Shown here: positions 41,346 to 55,151 of the stretch, piece by piece
Numbering within the stretch: position 1 is the stretch's first letter
Layout: each line of letters opens with the position of its first letter
Assembly (NCBI GenBank): GCA_951406725.2
Contig: OX597820.1
Location: 34,782,001-34,846,000, forward strand
DNA length: 64,000 nucleotides
From: Octopus vulgaris
Taxonomy: Eukaryota
Reading direction: 5' to 3'
Made by a program: the position numbers and the translations under genes
Notes under the pieces: generated by a model
Database searches by the model: none
Seen by the model: only the letters and a program-made list of their open reading frames with translations
What the model was told of the DNA's origin: nothing

Positions 41346-41790
41346 AGTTTTCCATCACTTTCTCTCCTTCACACACACACACATACTCTCTTACTCTCTC
41401 TCTTACATTCTGTTTTCCTCTCCTTTTCTGTCATAAACTGCATCAGACTGGAAATGTGTTACTAGGCTATTTCTCCCCTTTACTCTCTCCTTCTCACTTT
41501 CCATCTCCGCTCTCTGTTTCCTCTCTATTCTGTTTGTACTTTCTCTCTCTCTCTCTCTCTCTATCTCTCTCGCTCTTCTTTATCTTTATGTATTACATTT
41601 CTTTTCTCTCTTTCTCTATTGTAATTCATTCTTCTCTATATATACAATCTTCACTTCTTTCTTTCTTTCTTTCTTTCTTTTCTTTCCTTCTTTCCTTCTT
41701 TTTTATTCTTTCTTTCTTTGTCGCTCCCTCATACGCGCATTCTTTCTTTCTATCTCTCTCCCTCTCTCTCACACACACAAGTGCTCTCTG

Positions 41791-41870
<80 letters not shown>

Positions 41871-42054
41871 CCCGTATTACATTCTATTTCTCTCCAGATA
41901 TATGTACCCTGGTAAATTTTTTTAAAAAATGTTGAGTTGGTAACAAATGTCACGGCTGGAAGGTCTTTCAACGGTTCTACAGGATCAGGACTGAATCAGG
42001 GGTGAAAGCACCACAACCACCACTACTAACACCACCACCACCACCACCACCACC

Positions 42055-42086
<32 letters not shown>

Positions 42087-42654
42087 CAACAACAACAAAA
42101 GTACAAGTTTAGCAGCAGCAGCAGCAGCAGGAATGAAAACACCTGCACTACCACTAGAAGCAACACTACCACAACCACTACCTCCAAAAACAACAACAAT
42201 AACAACAACAGCACTCAGTATGTGTGAACCAGTCGGTCTTTCTAATTAAATTTGAACTCTAATCCAGCTTTGTCAATAGTGTCATAGTAGATATGCTGTT
42301 GACGTTGTTGTTATTGTTGTTAATGTTTTTATTTATTTATTTATTGTTATTGCTGTTTCTGCTGTTGTGCCGTCTACAAATTCCTCGTGGTTGACATGGG
42401 AAGAATTCTCACCCGCCTGTGTCATCAAGTTTCATGTCTCAGAATATACAGATTGTAGCAGAATAGTAACAGTAGTAGTAGTAGTAGTAGTAGTAGTAGC
42501 AGCAGCAGCAGCAGGTAGTGGTGGTGGTAGTAGTGATAGTAGTATTTATGATTGTAGTGGTTGTAGCAGTAGTAGTGGTAGTAGCAGCAGCAGCAGTAGT
42601 AGTACTTAAAGTTGAAAGAAGGATCCGCCCTTCTCTCTTACTTATAAATATTGA

Positions 42655-43050
42655 TTTCAAATTTTGGCACAAGGCCAGTAATTTCGAAGGAGGGGGTTTA
42701 GTCAATTCCATCGACTCCAGTGCTCAACTGGTACTTATTTTATCAATCTCTAAAAGAAAGAAAAGCAAAGTCGACCTCGGTGGCATTCGAACTCGGAACG
42801 TGTAGACGGCGAAGCCGCTATGCATTTTTTTCGGCGTGCTAACGATTCTGCCAAATTCGCTGTTTTCTCTTATAAATATCACTTTCAAATTTTTTCATAA
42901 ATCTAGCAATTTCGGCGGCGCGGGCTGGGGATATAAGTCGATTACATCGACCCCGATGCTCCAGTTGACCTCGGCGAAATTTGAACTCATTATATAATAC
43001 AAACGAAATGTCGCGAAGCAATTTACCCGGCGTGCTAACGATTCTACCAA
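42655..43050 (-). mobile_element. Two SINE family B copies
   Basis: Family B motifs twice, each ending GGCGTGCTAACGATTCT; the second has an internal deletion. Confidence 0.8.
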
Positions 43051-43567
43051 CATCACTACCTTCTCTTACCATTTAATAATAGCTTACACTTTAAGAAGGA
43101 ACATGTGAGATAACGTAGTCCAAGGTACACTATGACTGAAAAAATGAATACGTTTGTCACGTTTGGAACACCTGTTATCAAAGGCGTGCTGAATTGATGC
43201 TAACATAGGGTTAGATAGCCTTTACGTGGTTACTTGATCTGCTAGAAATAGCAGCCAAATCTCTCTTAATTCTCACCCCCACCGTTACACAATCTTAACA
43301 AATGGCCAAAATGTATTTCTAAATTTCTTGCACATAGAAAAATAAAAGGGAAAAAAGACATGACTGTCATGGTTGGAATACTTTTGATCATAGTTTAACT
43401 CAGTGATGGTCGACCTAGGGCTAAACAACAATAGCAATTTTCGGTGTCGATAGGAGTTTATGTGATCACGCAAAATGAGAGAAATAACAGCCAAATGTTC
43501 TTCGACTCTCACCTTACGGTCTTAAGGAAGAGAGGACCCATTAGATGTTATTGTCCTATATATAGTA

Positions 43568-44338
43568 CGAGCAAAACGCCCCCCCCCCACCTCATCCAAT
43601 GGACGGTGCTGAGTTGTCAAACATTTAAACCAGATTTTCTCAAAATAACTTGCCCGACCGTCCCATAGGCCTCTCCTTTGAGAAATACTGATTTAACCTA
43701 AATTTGAGACACCAGCAAAAGATGAAATAAAGATAGGCTTTTTTTCTATTCCAAAGAAAAACGATTTTATTCACAAAAAATATGCAACTGAAGAGATTAA
43801 AGTACCAGTAATGATAAGGCTGTAGACTGGGAGAACACAAATATGGTTTAAATAGTAAGCTTGGCAGGAAAGAAACGTGCCTTTAAGCAGTACAAAAACA
43901 AAACAAAAATGGAAATGGTGCAGTTATTACAGGTTGACGGAAGAAAAGCAGGACAAAAACGGTTCATGCAAATGAACTGGAGGTAAATCTAGATAGAAAA
44001 GCATGATGAATTTATGAGAATATACCTGGGACAATAAGTTTATCCGATAAAACATGTAGGAAATCACCTTGGGGCGATTTTTTTATGAAAAGCAACAACC
44101 TCGGGAACTAAGTAACTAATTTTAAGCTAACTTACTTTACGGGAAGTTCAAGGGCATGGAAAAGCTAGTGGCAACAGCTGATGTACTTGCGCGTACTCAC
44201 GGCTTTATCGATCGCATTTTCACCTGGAATCAATTTTTGTAATTTTTTCAAGCCCTGATACCGTCGGTATCTACATATCAAATTTGAGCGCAATCGGATG
44301 GAGGATGCCTGAGATCCTAGAAGATTTTATACAATAGA
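43568..44338 (-). mobile_element. Non-autonomous Helitron, family 2, long form
   Basis: Minus strand A|TCTATTGTATAAAATC ... GCGTTTTGCTCG|T. Both end regions match 58826-59098. Confidence 0.7.
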
Positions 44339-44480
44339 TATGAGAGTGAGGGAAAAAGTTGAATAGCCAGTGATAGAAAGTCTTCGGTCAGTTCGATCAG
44401 TGTTCACCTGGAGTTACAGCAACAAACAAACAAACAAAACACATGCCATGCAAGGCAATGAGTGTGGATCGATTACTAAA

Positions 44481-44815
44481 GAGTAAAAACCTCCTTCGGC
44501 CATTAATGACCATGGGATTACACCTAGAGAGCCCCCCTCCTAGGCACAAGTAAGGTTGTTAATGGAAGACCAGCTGTTTCCCATGCAACCAGCCTCTCCC
44601 CTCCACGCCACTGATGTTATCCAGGGGAAAAGGTAAAGGCCGATACAGCTTCGCACCAGTGACGCCGCAACTAGTTTCTGCAGCTGAGTGAACTGGAGCA
44701 ATGTTAGGTAAAGCGTCTTGCTCAAGAAGACAACTCATAGCCCGGTCAGGGAATCGAACTCCCTACCTCTTGATTGTGAGCCCGACGCTCTAACAACTGA
44801 GCCATGCAGCTTCAC
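44481..44815 (-). mobile_element. SINE family E
   Basis: Diverged full-length match to 37171-37512. Confidence 0.85.
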
Positions 44816-44820
44816 TAGAT

Positions 44821-44882
<62 letters not shown>

Positions 44883-46030
44883 ACTACTACTACTGTTGTT
44901 GCTGTTGTTGTTGTTGTTAAGCAACAAGACGGGTAAGGGTGATTAGGTGATGGTCTAGGGCTTAGGGGCGGGAGACCCCAGACCTTGGAAAAGAACTTTG
45001 GTCGTCTTGTTGAAGTCGAGGGTTCTTTGTTGATGCCCGACATCACTGGTAAGTGGCCCTCGAAGTCACTGGAAATGGATATTTCCAGGTCCAAATTCTT
45101 GGACGGCTGCTGCTGGTGTTGATCGATTTAGTTTTCAACTCCCAAGTTCCACGAGGGACCACAACAACAATAACAATAACAAAGCGTACAGCTTCAACAA
45201 CAATAACAGCAGCAGCAACAAAAACAACAACAACATCAGCAACAGCAGTAGCAATACAAACTACAACAAAACAACAACTACAGCAACAACAGCAAGGAAG
45301 ACACCGCTACCCCCACTGCCACCACCACCACCACCACCACCATCACACCACCATCAACAACAACAACAACTACTACTACATCCATGCCACCAGCACAACA
45401 CCCTCACCACCAGCAGCAGCAGCAGCAGCAGCAACAACTACAACGCTAACAACAATACTAGCGCAATCACCACCGCTAAAAACAACAAACTCACCTCCAC
45501 CAGAAAACAACACCGCCACCGAGAGTACCCCTACCACCAACTACACGGCCCACCGATACCCAACATCAACTCTCCAAAAACAATGGCAAAAACAACAAGA
45601 ACACCATCAACAAATTCCTCAGTAACACGAAGCTCCATATAGGATTGCCTGTACAAATAATATCAGTATGGCAGCTGTATAAAATGATGGCAGCTAATTA
45701 ATCTAGTCTTTGTGTTTGTTATTAATGGTGGTTGTTGTTATTAGTTTTTGTCGTTAATGGTTGCTATGGTAGTTGTTGTTATTGCTGTTTATGTAGTTTC
45801 TGTGGTAATTAGTGCTATTAATAGTAGCTGTACTGGATGTAGTTGCGGTGGTGATTGTTGTTGGAGCAGTTGTTATTGTTAATGTAGTAGTGGTTGTAGT
45901 AGTCATTTTTTTACAACTACTATCGTAGAGGTTGTTGTGGTTGTTGTGGTTTATGTTATAACTACCGTGGTAGACGTTATTGTTGTTACAGTAACGATTA
46001 TTGAGGTAATTATTATTATTATGATTACTA

Positions 46031-46630
46031 AATTCCGTCGAGGTAAACTTCGCCTTTCATCCTTTCAGGATCGATAAAATAAGTACCAGTTGAGCACTGG
46101 GGTCAATGTAATTGGGTTGCACCCTCCTCTAAACGTCCTGGCTTTGTGCCAAAATTTGAAATCATTATTATAATTACTAGGAGGCGAGGTGGCAGAATCG
46201 TTAGCACGCCGGGTAAAATGCTTAGCAGCATTCTGTCCGCCTTTACGTTCTGAGTTTAAATTCCACCGAGGTCGACTATGCCTTTCATCCTTTCGTATTC
46301 GATAAATTATGTACCAGTGTAACACTGGGGTCGATATAATCGACTTGCCCCCTTTCAGACCTTGTGCCTTTAGAAGACAGGATTATTATTATAATTACTG
46401 AGAAGGTGGCCAGCTGGCAGAATCGTTAGCACGCTGGACAAGATTCTTAGCGACATTCTGCTGGACTCCACCTTCTGAGTTCAGTTCAAATTCTGCTGAG
46501 GTCGACTTTGCTTTTCATCCTATCGGAGTTGATAAAATTAGTACTGGTCGAACACTGGAGTCGATGCGATCGACTAGTACAAATTTCAGAACAGCAATGA
46601 CCTTATGATTATAGTAGAAGGAATTATTAT
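46031..46630 (+). mobile_element. Three head-to-tail SINE family B copies
   Basis: GAGGTCGAC/AAAC..CTTTCATCCT..GATAAA..GTACCAG..CACTGGGGTC repeated three times, separated by ATTATTATAATTACT. Confidence 0.85.
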
Positions 46631-47305
46631 AATCACAATGCCCGGTCTGGGAATCGAAACTGCGTTCTTACGACCGCCAGTCCGCTGCCCTAACCACTGG
46701 GCCATTGCACCTCCACTGTTGCTGCGGTTGCTTGGCTGCGCTAAATGCTGCGGTGGATGATGTTATAATAGTTTTTATCACTGTGGTCACCGTTAGTGTT
46801 GCTGCTACGGTTGTTGTGCTGCTCTTGTTGTTACTGTTGAGTTTACCATTCTAATTGGTTTCATTGCTACTGCCGTTATTGTTGTTGCCGTTGTTCTTGT
46901 TGCTCTTGTTGTTAGCTGTTTATTTGTTGATATTGTTGTTGTCGCTTCTGTTGCTTCTGCTACAAGTGATGTTATGATGCTTTGACTCGGTTACTGTTGT
47001 TGTTCATGCTGTTGCTGGGTAAGCTATTGATTTTCTTTGTGTACCAGCAGCAGCAGCAGTAGCAGCAGCAGCAGTGATAACAGTGGTAGTATTAGTGGTG
47101 CTGGTGGTAGTGATAGTAATAGTTGAAGAAGAAGTAGTAGTAGTGGCGGTGATGATAGTTGATATTATTGTTCTTATTCTTGTGATAATTATTCCGGTTG
47201 AGACGGTGCGTTGGTAGGTGGAACGGTAAGCTGATAGCTTAGCACTAACCGCAGAGTGCAACCCTCAATAGATACACCATCTCTCAATATACCCTTCATA
47301 TTTCG

Positions 47306-47341
<36 letters not shown>

Positions 47342-47744
47342 ATAGTTTACAAGTGTTATGTAATAACTGATGCAACACAACTTTACCTACATATATATAT
47401 TAAATTATATTATGTTAGTTTCTAGTGCACTGCTCAATAGCTAATTTTAGTTCAATCAATTGCTATCTCATCAGAAACAAATTAATTAAATACCGGAAAC
47501 CAGATTGGAAGACGCACCGGATAGTGGAATGGGTGGTGTATTGAACAACAAGCTGAAGGTTCATCGGTTCGAATCTTGTCCTACGTATGAATTGTGCTTT
47601 AAAGCAAATTATATGAGAAGTGGATATAACATTAAATTGCAAAGTTCTTAAATGCTGAAAATAACAGGTTTGCGATGTATTTGTTTGTGTGTCTTTGTGC
47701 TTGTATTATGTTTGTCCCCGCCAATAGAATAAGCACCAGTATTT

Positions 47745-48110
47745 TCAGCTGGCACTTATTTTATCGACCCTCAAAAGAATGAAAGGCTAACTCAGCATCC
47801 GCGCAAATATGGACGAAATGACGCTAAGCATTTTTGCCGGCATTCTAACGATTCTTGCTTTTTTTTATTGCCCTCAAGGGGCTTAACATAGAGGGGACAA
47901 ACAAGGACGGACAAAGAGATTAAGTCGATTACATCGACCCCAGTGCATAAATGGTACTTAACTTATGGAGCCCGAAAGGATGAAAGGCAAAAAACGACCT
48001 CGGCGGAATTTGAACTCAGAACGTAGCGGCAGACGAAATACCTATTTCTTTACTGCCCACAAGGGGTTAAACACAGAGAGGACAAACAAGGACAGACAAA
48101 CGGATTAAGT
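47745..48110 (-). mobile_element. SINE family B copies and fragments
   Basis: Family B motifs with a duplicated AGAGGGGACAAACAAGGAC tail. Confidence 0.75.
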
Positions 48111-48453
48111 TGACCAAAAAGACACTTGGGTTTCAGTTGCACAAGATCTCCTTGATTGTGTCGAGAACGATGAAAACTTTCCGAAAACTTTGCTTAGGCC
48201 TCTGAGCAGGTAGCGCCAAGTTTTTGGCAAAATTTGATGCAGATTCTCTGCTCAACTTTCTTTGTCACTGCGACGGTCACACGCTACTCACCTTCCTTCC
48301 AAACACTGTGTGAACAGCAGGAGCTAGAACGTTAAAACTTAGTGTGCACGCACAACAAAGTTGAAGGTCAATCTATGCCAAGCAGCTTTACTCTGCGTGC
48401 TTTAGCTTCGTTACTATGGCAACAATACGGATACTTATTGATCAGACCGCCTA
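48111..48453 (+). mobile_element. Mariner deletion derivative
   Basis: Translates DQKDTWVSVAQDLLDCVENDENF, resembling the mariner segment before TGDETW; ends in a TIR-like GGATACTTATTGATCAGACC..TA. Confidence 0.65.
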
Positions 48454-48469
48454 TATATTAACTACTGCA

Positions 48470-48842
48470 TTCCATCGGTTATGACGACAAGGGTTCCAGT
48501 TGATCTAATCAACGGAACAGCCTGCACGTAAAATTAACGTGCAACTGACTGAGCACTCCATAGACACGTGTACCCTTAACGTAGTTCTAGGGAGATTCAG
48601 CGTGACACAGAGTGTGACAAGGCTAGCCCTTTGAAATGCAGGTACAACAGAAACGGGAAGAAAGAGTGAGAGAAAGTTGTGGTGAAAGAGTACAGCAGGG
48701 TTCGTTCCCCACTGCCGGAGCCTCGTGGAGCTTTTAAGTGTTTTCGCTCAATAAGCACTCACAACGCACAGTCTGCGAATCGAAACCGCAATCCTATGAC
48801 TGCGAGTCTGCTGCCCTAACCACTGGGCCATTGCACCTCCAC
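48470..48842 (-). mobile_element. Chimeric SINE: family D head plus module G tail
   Basis: 48650-48842 matches the family D head and body; 48470-48645 matches 11845-12025. Confidence 0.82.
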
Positions 48843-48867
48843 ACCTTTATACATACGCGCACACATA

Positions 48868-49041
48868 CAGAAAATAAAGGAATTCGCAAAAGCAGGAAAT
48901 CTGTGAGAACTGAGCGGTGCAGGGTTCGATTCCCTAACGAGGTTTCCTGGCCACTTTCTTTCGTCTTCTTAAAGGCATTTCCCCCGATTCTCTAAGTTGT
49001 CTTCATAGCTTTCTTGCGTTCGCGAATTCCTTTATTTCCTG
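48868..49041. mobile_element. Tc1/mariner-type MITE
   Basis: TA|CAGAAAATAAAGGAATTCGC ... GCGAATTCCTTTATTTCCTG|TA: imperfect TIRs of about 43 bp with TA on both sides. Confidence 0.75.
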
Positions 49042-49790
49042 TAGATTCCGACACACGCGGCGCTTATAAGTTTTTTTACAATATATATATACATACACCA
49101 TACATATACATATATGTGTATATTCATGTTTGTACTTAAAACTAATCATTCTATGTATATACTGCGCAATATTCAAATTTTCCTGTCGTCTGCTTTCAAT
49201 GAATAAATAAAGCACAAGAACTCAGAATATTTCGACTGCATATTTCAGTGTAATCAATAAAGCAACAGATACTAGAATTATATTTCCCATATTTTGGTAT
49301 TCAAACATACAATGTTATATTGAAAGTTTCCGGGTGACATAAAACTCTTCAGTAAAAGAATTTGAATAACATACGATAAGTAACAAATACTAGATTTTCT
49401 TATTTCATTATGTTTCTCATTTTATACGTTTTCTCCGCTTTTTTTGTTTCGACTTTTTCTTCTTCACTTTCGTTCGGGTGTTTGAATTGGAAGGAAAAAT
49501 GGCGTATATGTACATCTTGATAACTGGTTTATATCAGGTTATAAATCTTGTGGTTGATCAGCCTGTCTATACCTACAAAGAATTATGCAATACGATGCAC
49601 AATTTTTTATGTTTGTAAATATATATTTAAGAGAGAGAGAGAGGGAGAGAGAGAGAGAGAGCACGAGTGTGTGTGTGTGTTGCTATATATACTTATGTAT
49701 TATATATAATTAAATGTATAGTATATGTTCTCATATGCATGCATGTGTGTGTGTATATATATATATAAATAAATATATATATATATATAC

Positions 49791-49835
<45 letters not shown>

Positions 49836-50579
49836 CAAATATACATATATCTACACACACACATATATATGTATATATATGCATTTATATATACATATAT
49901 ACATATATCTTACATGTGTATATATATATACATATATATACATGTATTACTCTCGCTTTCTCTCTCTCTCTCTATGTGTGTGTGTGTACATAGATATTGA
50001 TGTATATATAATATGTATTGATATATTGCCATGATATCAACGAATATCTTCAGATATGTACATGTGTATATCTGTATATGTCAGTGTACGCGTGCATGTT
50101 TGTATGTGTGAATGTGTGTTTGTTGGGAAGACTTTAGAAGATGTAAGTGTCCCATAAATCTTGAATCGTCTGTTTTTCTTTCATTTTGTGTTTGTATGCC
50201 TTCACATGTGTATGTATTTATATATATATGTTTCTGTATGTATTTCTGCGTGTATAAGTGTGTGTACGTAAAATTGTACTACAGCAAAAATCAGACATAC
50301 TCAATGGAATAAAGTAGCTATAATTTCTTCCTTTTAGTGGAATATGTAGTTATAAACCGCCATTACTTGCAGCAACCAAGCATTCTTTATCGTCATTGCA
50401 ATGACGTCCATACAATTCACTTCACTAAAGTTATTTTCGCAGCGACATTTTTTCGACATTTCGATAATATTCCTCTCTCTTTTTAAAAAAGATATAATGT
50501 TGTTGCTTTAACCATGATTCTTCTCTCATACAGCAGTTCTATGAAAGACATTCCACCCATGCCTATTCCACATTTTTAA

Positions 50580-50633
<54 letters not shown>

Positions 50634-51340
50634 CATATATATGCATACACACAGATATACATATACATACATACGCGCACGGACGCACGCACACACACAA
50701 ACACACACACACATCAATATATGCGTGTCATTGCATTAGAGTTTGCTTCTCAGTGTCACTTCTAAAGCGGTGTTGGCTTGGTTTACGTCCCCATAACTTA
50801 GTACTTCAGTAAAGAACCGAAAGAAGAAGTGCCAAATTATTAATTCTTCTGAAAGAGGGGTGATTACTTTGTTCAACACACTCTAAATTAAACAAATATT
50901 AATTTTTCTAAAATAATGAAACGAAATAGAAGGACCTATACATTAGAATAAATGATACAAGTTTGTTAATATTGTACTGTGTAAAGTACTAGTCTGTGCA
51001 AGGTACCGATAAACAAAACAAGTGGCTGCGGGACTTTGAAGTTGATACACGTTAATTAGTGCGGATTTTAAGAGGTTTCGGTCTATCAGGGTCCGTAAGT
51101 TTTTGCCAATTTTCAGTTGAGCTGGACTTATAGCAATAACTATGTGTAACTAAGGCCTTTCTGCACGTTCCCTCCGCAAATTATGAACATTACGACAAAT
51201 ACGGTTTTCCGAGATTCCTGAAACACCTGTCGGGTTATGGAACTATGTTTTTTCTTAGCATTTTGTAGTTTTTAGGCTCTATATAAATACACACACACAC
51301 ACGCATGAATGATAGATAATGAGACAAACGGATAGAGATA

Positions 51341-51572
51341 CTCTCTTTTACTCTTTTACTTGTTTCAGTCATTTGACTGCGGCCATGCTGAAGCACCGCC
51401 TGTAGTCGATCGAGCAAATCGACCCCTAGGACTTATTCTTTGTAAGCCAGTACTTATTCTATCGGTCTTTTTTGCCGAACCGCTATGTTACGGGGACGTA
51501 AACACACCAGCATCGGTTGTCAAGCGATGCTTGGGGGGGGGGGGGAACATAGACACACAAACATATACACAC

Positions 51573-51638
<66 letters not shown>

Positions 51639-51793
51639 GACGGGCTTCTTTCAGTTTCCGTCTACCAAATCCACTCACAAGGCATTGGTCGGCCCGAGGC
51701 TATAGCAGAAAACACTCGCCCAAGGTGCCACGCAGTAGGACTGAATCTGGAACCATGTGGTTGGTAAGCAAGCTGCTTACCACACAGCCACTC
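51341..51793 (-). mobile_element. SINE family A, full length
   Basis: Reverse complement of 12857-13268 and 55476-55890. Confidence 0.9.
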
Positions 51794-52840
51794 TATAAAA
51801 CGAAGGCAACCACTAGTCAATAACATACTGAATAAAGGCGACGAGCTGGTAGAATCGTTAGCAAGTCAGGCAAAACGCTTAGCAGCATTTCGTCAGTCTT
51901 TTCGTTCTGAATTCAAATTCCGTCGACATGAAACAATAACTGAAAGATCGCTTACTACATTTCAGTATAGTAACTCCGAAATTTCACCGTTAATTTTTCT
52001 GTTCTTATAAGTGTGCATGCGTGTGTCTATGTGTGTGTGCCCTTCTCTTTTGAAAGTTTCAATCATGTGTCTTCCATTTTCTCTTTTGCGTCATCTTCTC
52101 CCTGTCTCTCCCCACTCTCTCTCTCTTTCTGTTACTCAGTTTCTGATTGTTTTTGTCTTTCTCTCTCTCTCACTCTCTCTCTGTCCCATTCTCTCTCACA
52201 ATGCCAATATCGCTTTCCTTCTTAGTTTGACATTTAGTGCTCTCTTTGATGCCTTCAACACACAGTACAGGCAGCATATCACATAAAATACCACCGCCGC
52301 AACTGCCGCCGCCGCCACTACCACCACCACCACCACCACCACCACCACCACCACCACCACCAACATCATCATCATCAGTGTCGTCATTTTCATCGCGCGT
52401 TCATCATCAACACCATCGTTGTTGTCGTTCTCGTCGTCGTCAATACGATCATTACCATCGTTATCATCATCAATATCCTCATCATCATTGTCTTACTCTC
52501 CCCTTCTCTTCGCCTTCTCTTTGAGCTACTCTTCCTCCCCTCCTTTCTCTTCCTCCTCATCACCATCGCCCTCTTCTAAAAAAACTGCTGACTGCCAACA
52601 TCTCCATTTCCAGTCCCATCCAGAAGTCTTTGATCAAATCAAACGACAATCCAGAAAGTTGGTTGATTTATTAGAACTGTGTGCAGCCATAAGTGTCACA
52701 TCTGGATATTTCTGTTTTAGGTTTCTTAAACAGAGCTGACACGAGCAGAGAGAACAACGAGGCAGCATCTATACAAGTAGTTCTCAACCCTTTAATTGAA
52801 ATGAGGTTTCCCACGAACCCCTTTTAATATGCTACCCTTA

Positions 52841-52906
<66 letters not shown>

Positions 52907-53017
52907 GCACTAAACATGTAAATAAGATGTAAATAAATAAGCAAATATATATAATCATCCAACATTCCGACTACCTTATTATTCTAAATATACAATATTT
53001 GTACATCACTTCAAAAA

Positions 53018-53055
<38 letters not shown>

Positions 53056-53259
53056 GTATATATATATATATGTATGTATATATATATATATATATAATGT
53101 GTGCGTGTGTATATATAGGTATGAATGTATTTATGTTTGTATATAGCGTTATACGAATACATCTGGTTGTTGTCTACACCACTTGTTTTCTCCTGTTTTT
53201 TTTTGTGAATTCTCCCTATATATATATATACATACATACATACATACACACATACACAC

Positions 53260-53296
<37 letters not shown>

Positions 53297-53566
53297 CATA
53301 TATACATATATATATGTATATATATATATAAATATAGTATATATATGCATATATGTGCATATATATATATATATATATAAGCATATATACATACATATAT
53401 ATATATATATTTTGTGAAATAGAAAGATGAATAATCTTATTGCAGATTAATCAAAAGTTTAACCGATACCTTGGTAGCAAAAATCACAGCAGAAGACAGC
53501 ACGGTTGGAGGTTCAACCATATGGTGTTGCAACCATGCGTTGGTGCGGATAATTGAATTTTAATAT

Positions 53567-53700
53567 TATTAGTGAATTGAAGAAATGGAGTTGAACGAAG
53601 ATTGAACAGAAATCGTTTTATTGCATTCTTTCGAAACACGTGTAGAATGCAATAAAACGATTTCTGTTCAATCTTCGTTCAACTCCATTTCTTCAATTCA

Positions 53701-53706
<6 letters not shown>
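53567..53706. repeat. Perfect inverted repeat, 63 bp arms, 14 bp spacer
   Basis: Arms 53567-53629 and 53644-53706; spacer TTCGAAACACGTGT. Confidence 0.93.
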
Positions 53707-53769
<63 letters not shown>

Positions 53770-53963
53770 CAATTAAGGACAACTTCTTAATAAGGAATCT
53801 TAATAAGAAATTATCGGGTAGATAGCGTGAAAATAATTTTTTCTTATTGAACATATTAATTTACCGGATGTAATATATGTAAACTCCCCCATGTGCTTCG
53901 TTGACGTTGAACAGTTAGCTGCTTGGCTTCGACGAGACAGGGTCGTTTATTTATGATATGTTC

Positions 53964-54012
53964 AGGCTTGCTGAAGAGTACAGAAGTACGAAATCACAGG
54001 TGATACAAGTCT
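53964..54012 (+). ncRNA. Type I hammerhead ribozyme (canonical core)
   Basis: Stem I AGGCTTG/CAAGTCT; CTGAAGA 53971-53977; stem II GTAC-AGAA-GTAC; GAAA 53990-53993; stem III TCAC-AG-GTGA; ATA triplet, predicted cleavage after 54005. Confidence 0.85.
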
Positions 54013-54150
54013 ATAATTTTTAAATGTCTTGCTTTGAAAGATTGCATTTTTGGTAGAAATGACTTTTTGTCCCTCTTAGCGTGTGGCATCTATGTATAAT
54101 AATGCCCTGTATATATAAATATATATATATATATATATGTATGTGTGTAT

Positions 54151-54205
<55 letters not shown>

Positions 54206-55077
54206 TATGATAAAACAGAGTCTGTGTATGGGTGTGTATGTGTGTATGTGTATGTTCCCTATCGATTCGAAAACGTGGTCGGGTCGCACGATTCTGAGGT
54301 TCTTTAGGAAGGGAGACAACTCTACTTGAACAATTTTTATGTCTTAGAGCATAATGAGAAAATGTTTAAAATACATGGAGTTTTACCAGTGAATGAAACC
54401 TGGAAGATACACCGTCAACTTCATTTGTATCATTTAGTACACAATCTTTTCATGTGAAGCATGTTTGTCCGTGTTTTGTTTAATCCAGAGTTACCTCTGA
54501 TGTAGCAGACCCATCGTATACATTGTTTTCTTCCTGAAATAATGTAAATCCGCATCTTTCTTTTGATGAAAGGATGTGTTTTTAGTGGGATTTGGCTGCT
54601 ATTTGTAGTAGCTCAGGTTACCACAGAGACATCTGTGTATGTGTATGTGTGTGTTTTGTTGTGGCAAAAAATGTACTTTTTCTTAGAATATTTTGCACAA
54701 TAATTTTTAAAGAAATCTGGACATCTTTCTTACTGCAAAACATTCAACTTCCAATTACAATTGTTAATTGCTGGAAGTCAAGTAGACTGCGATGTACATA
54801 TAGTGTTATCGTACAGAGTGGAAATTCGATATGAAGTTTTGTACTCATTATCTTGTGGTTAGTAATTCATTACCTTAAATTCGAAGCCATTAAGTCTTAA
54901 ACATTATTTTACTAGGTTTAATCTTTCGACTGTCGTCATGATGGAATATCACCTTTAAAAATTTAATTGATCATACTGACCTCAGTACGTATTTCAATCT
55001 GGCATTTCTTTTATAGAACTCTGCTGGATGAAGTTTGAGACATAGTGGGGCACAATACTCGATTTCACAAGAAATGT

Positions 55078-55151
<74 letters not shown>

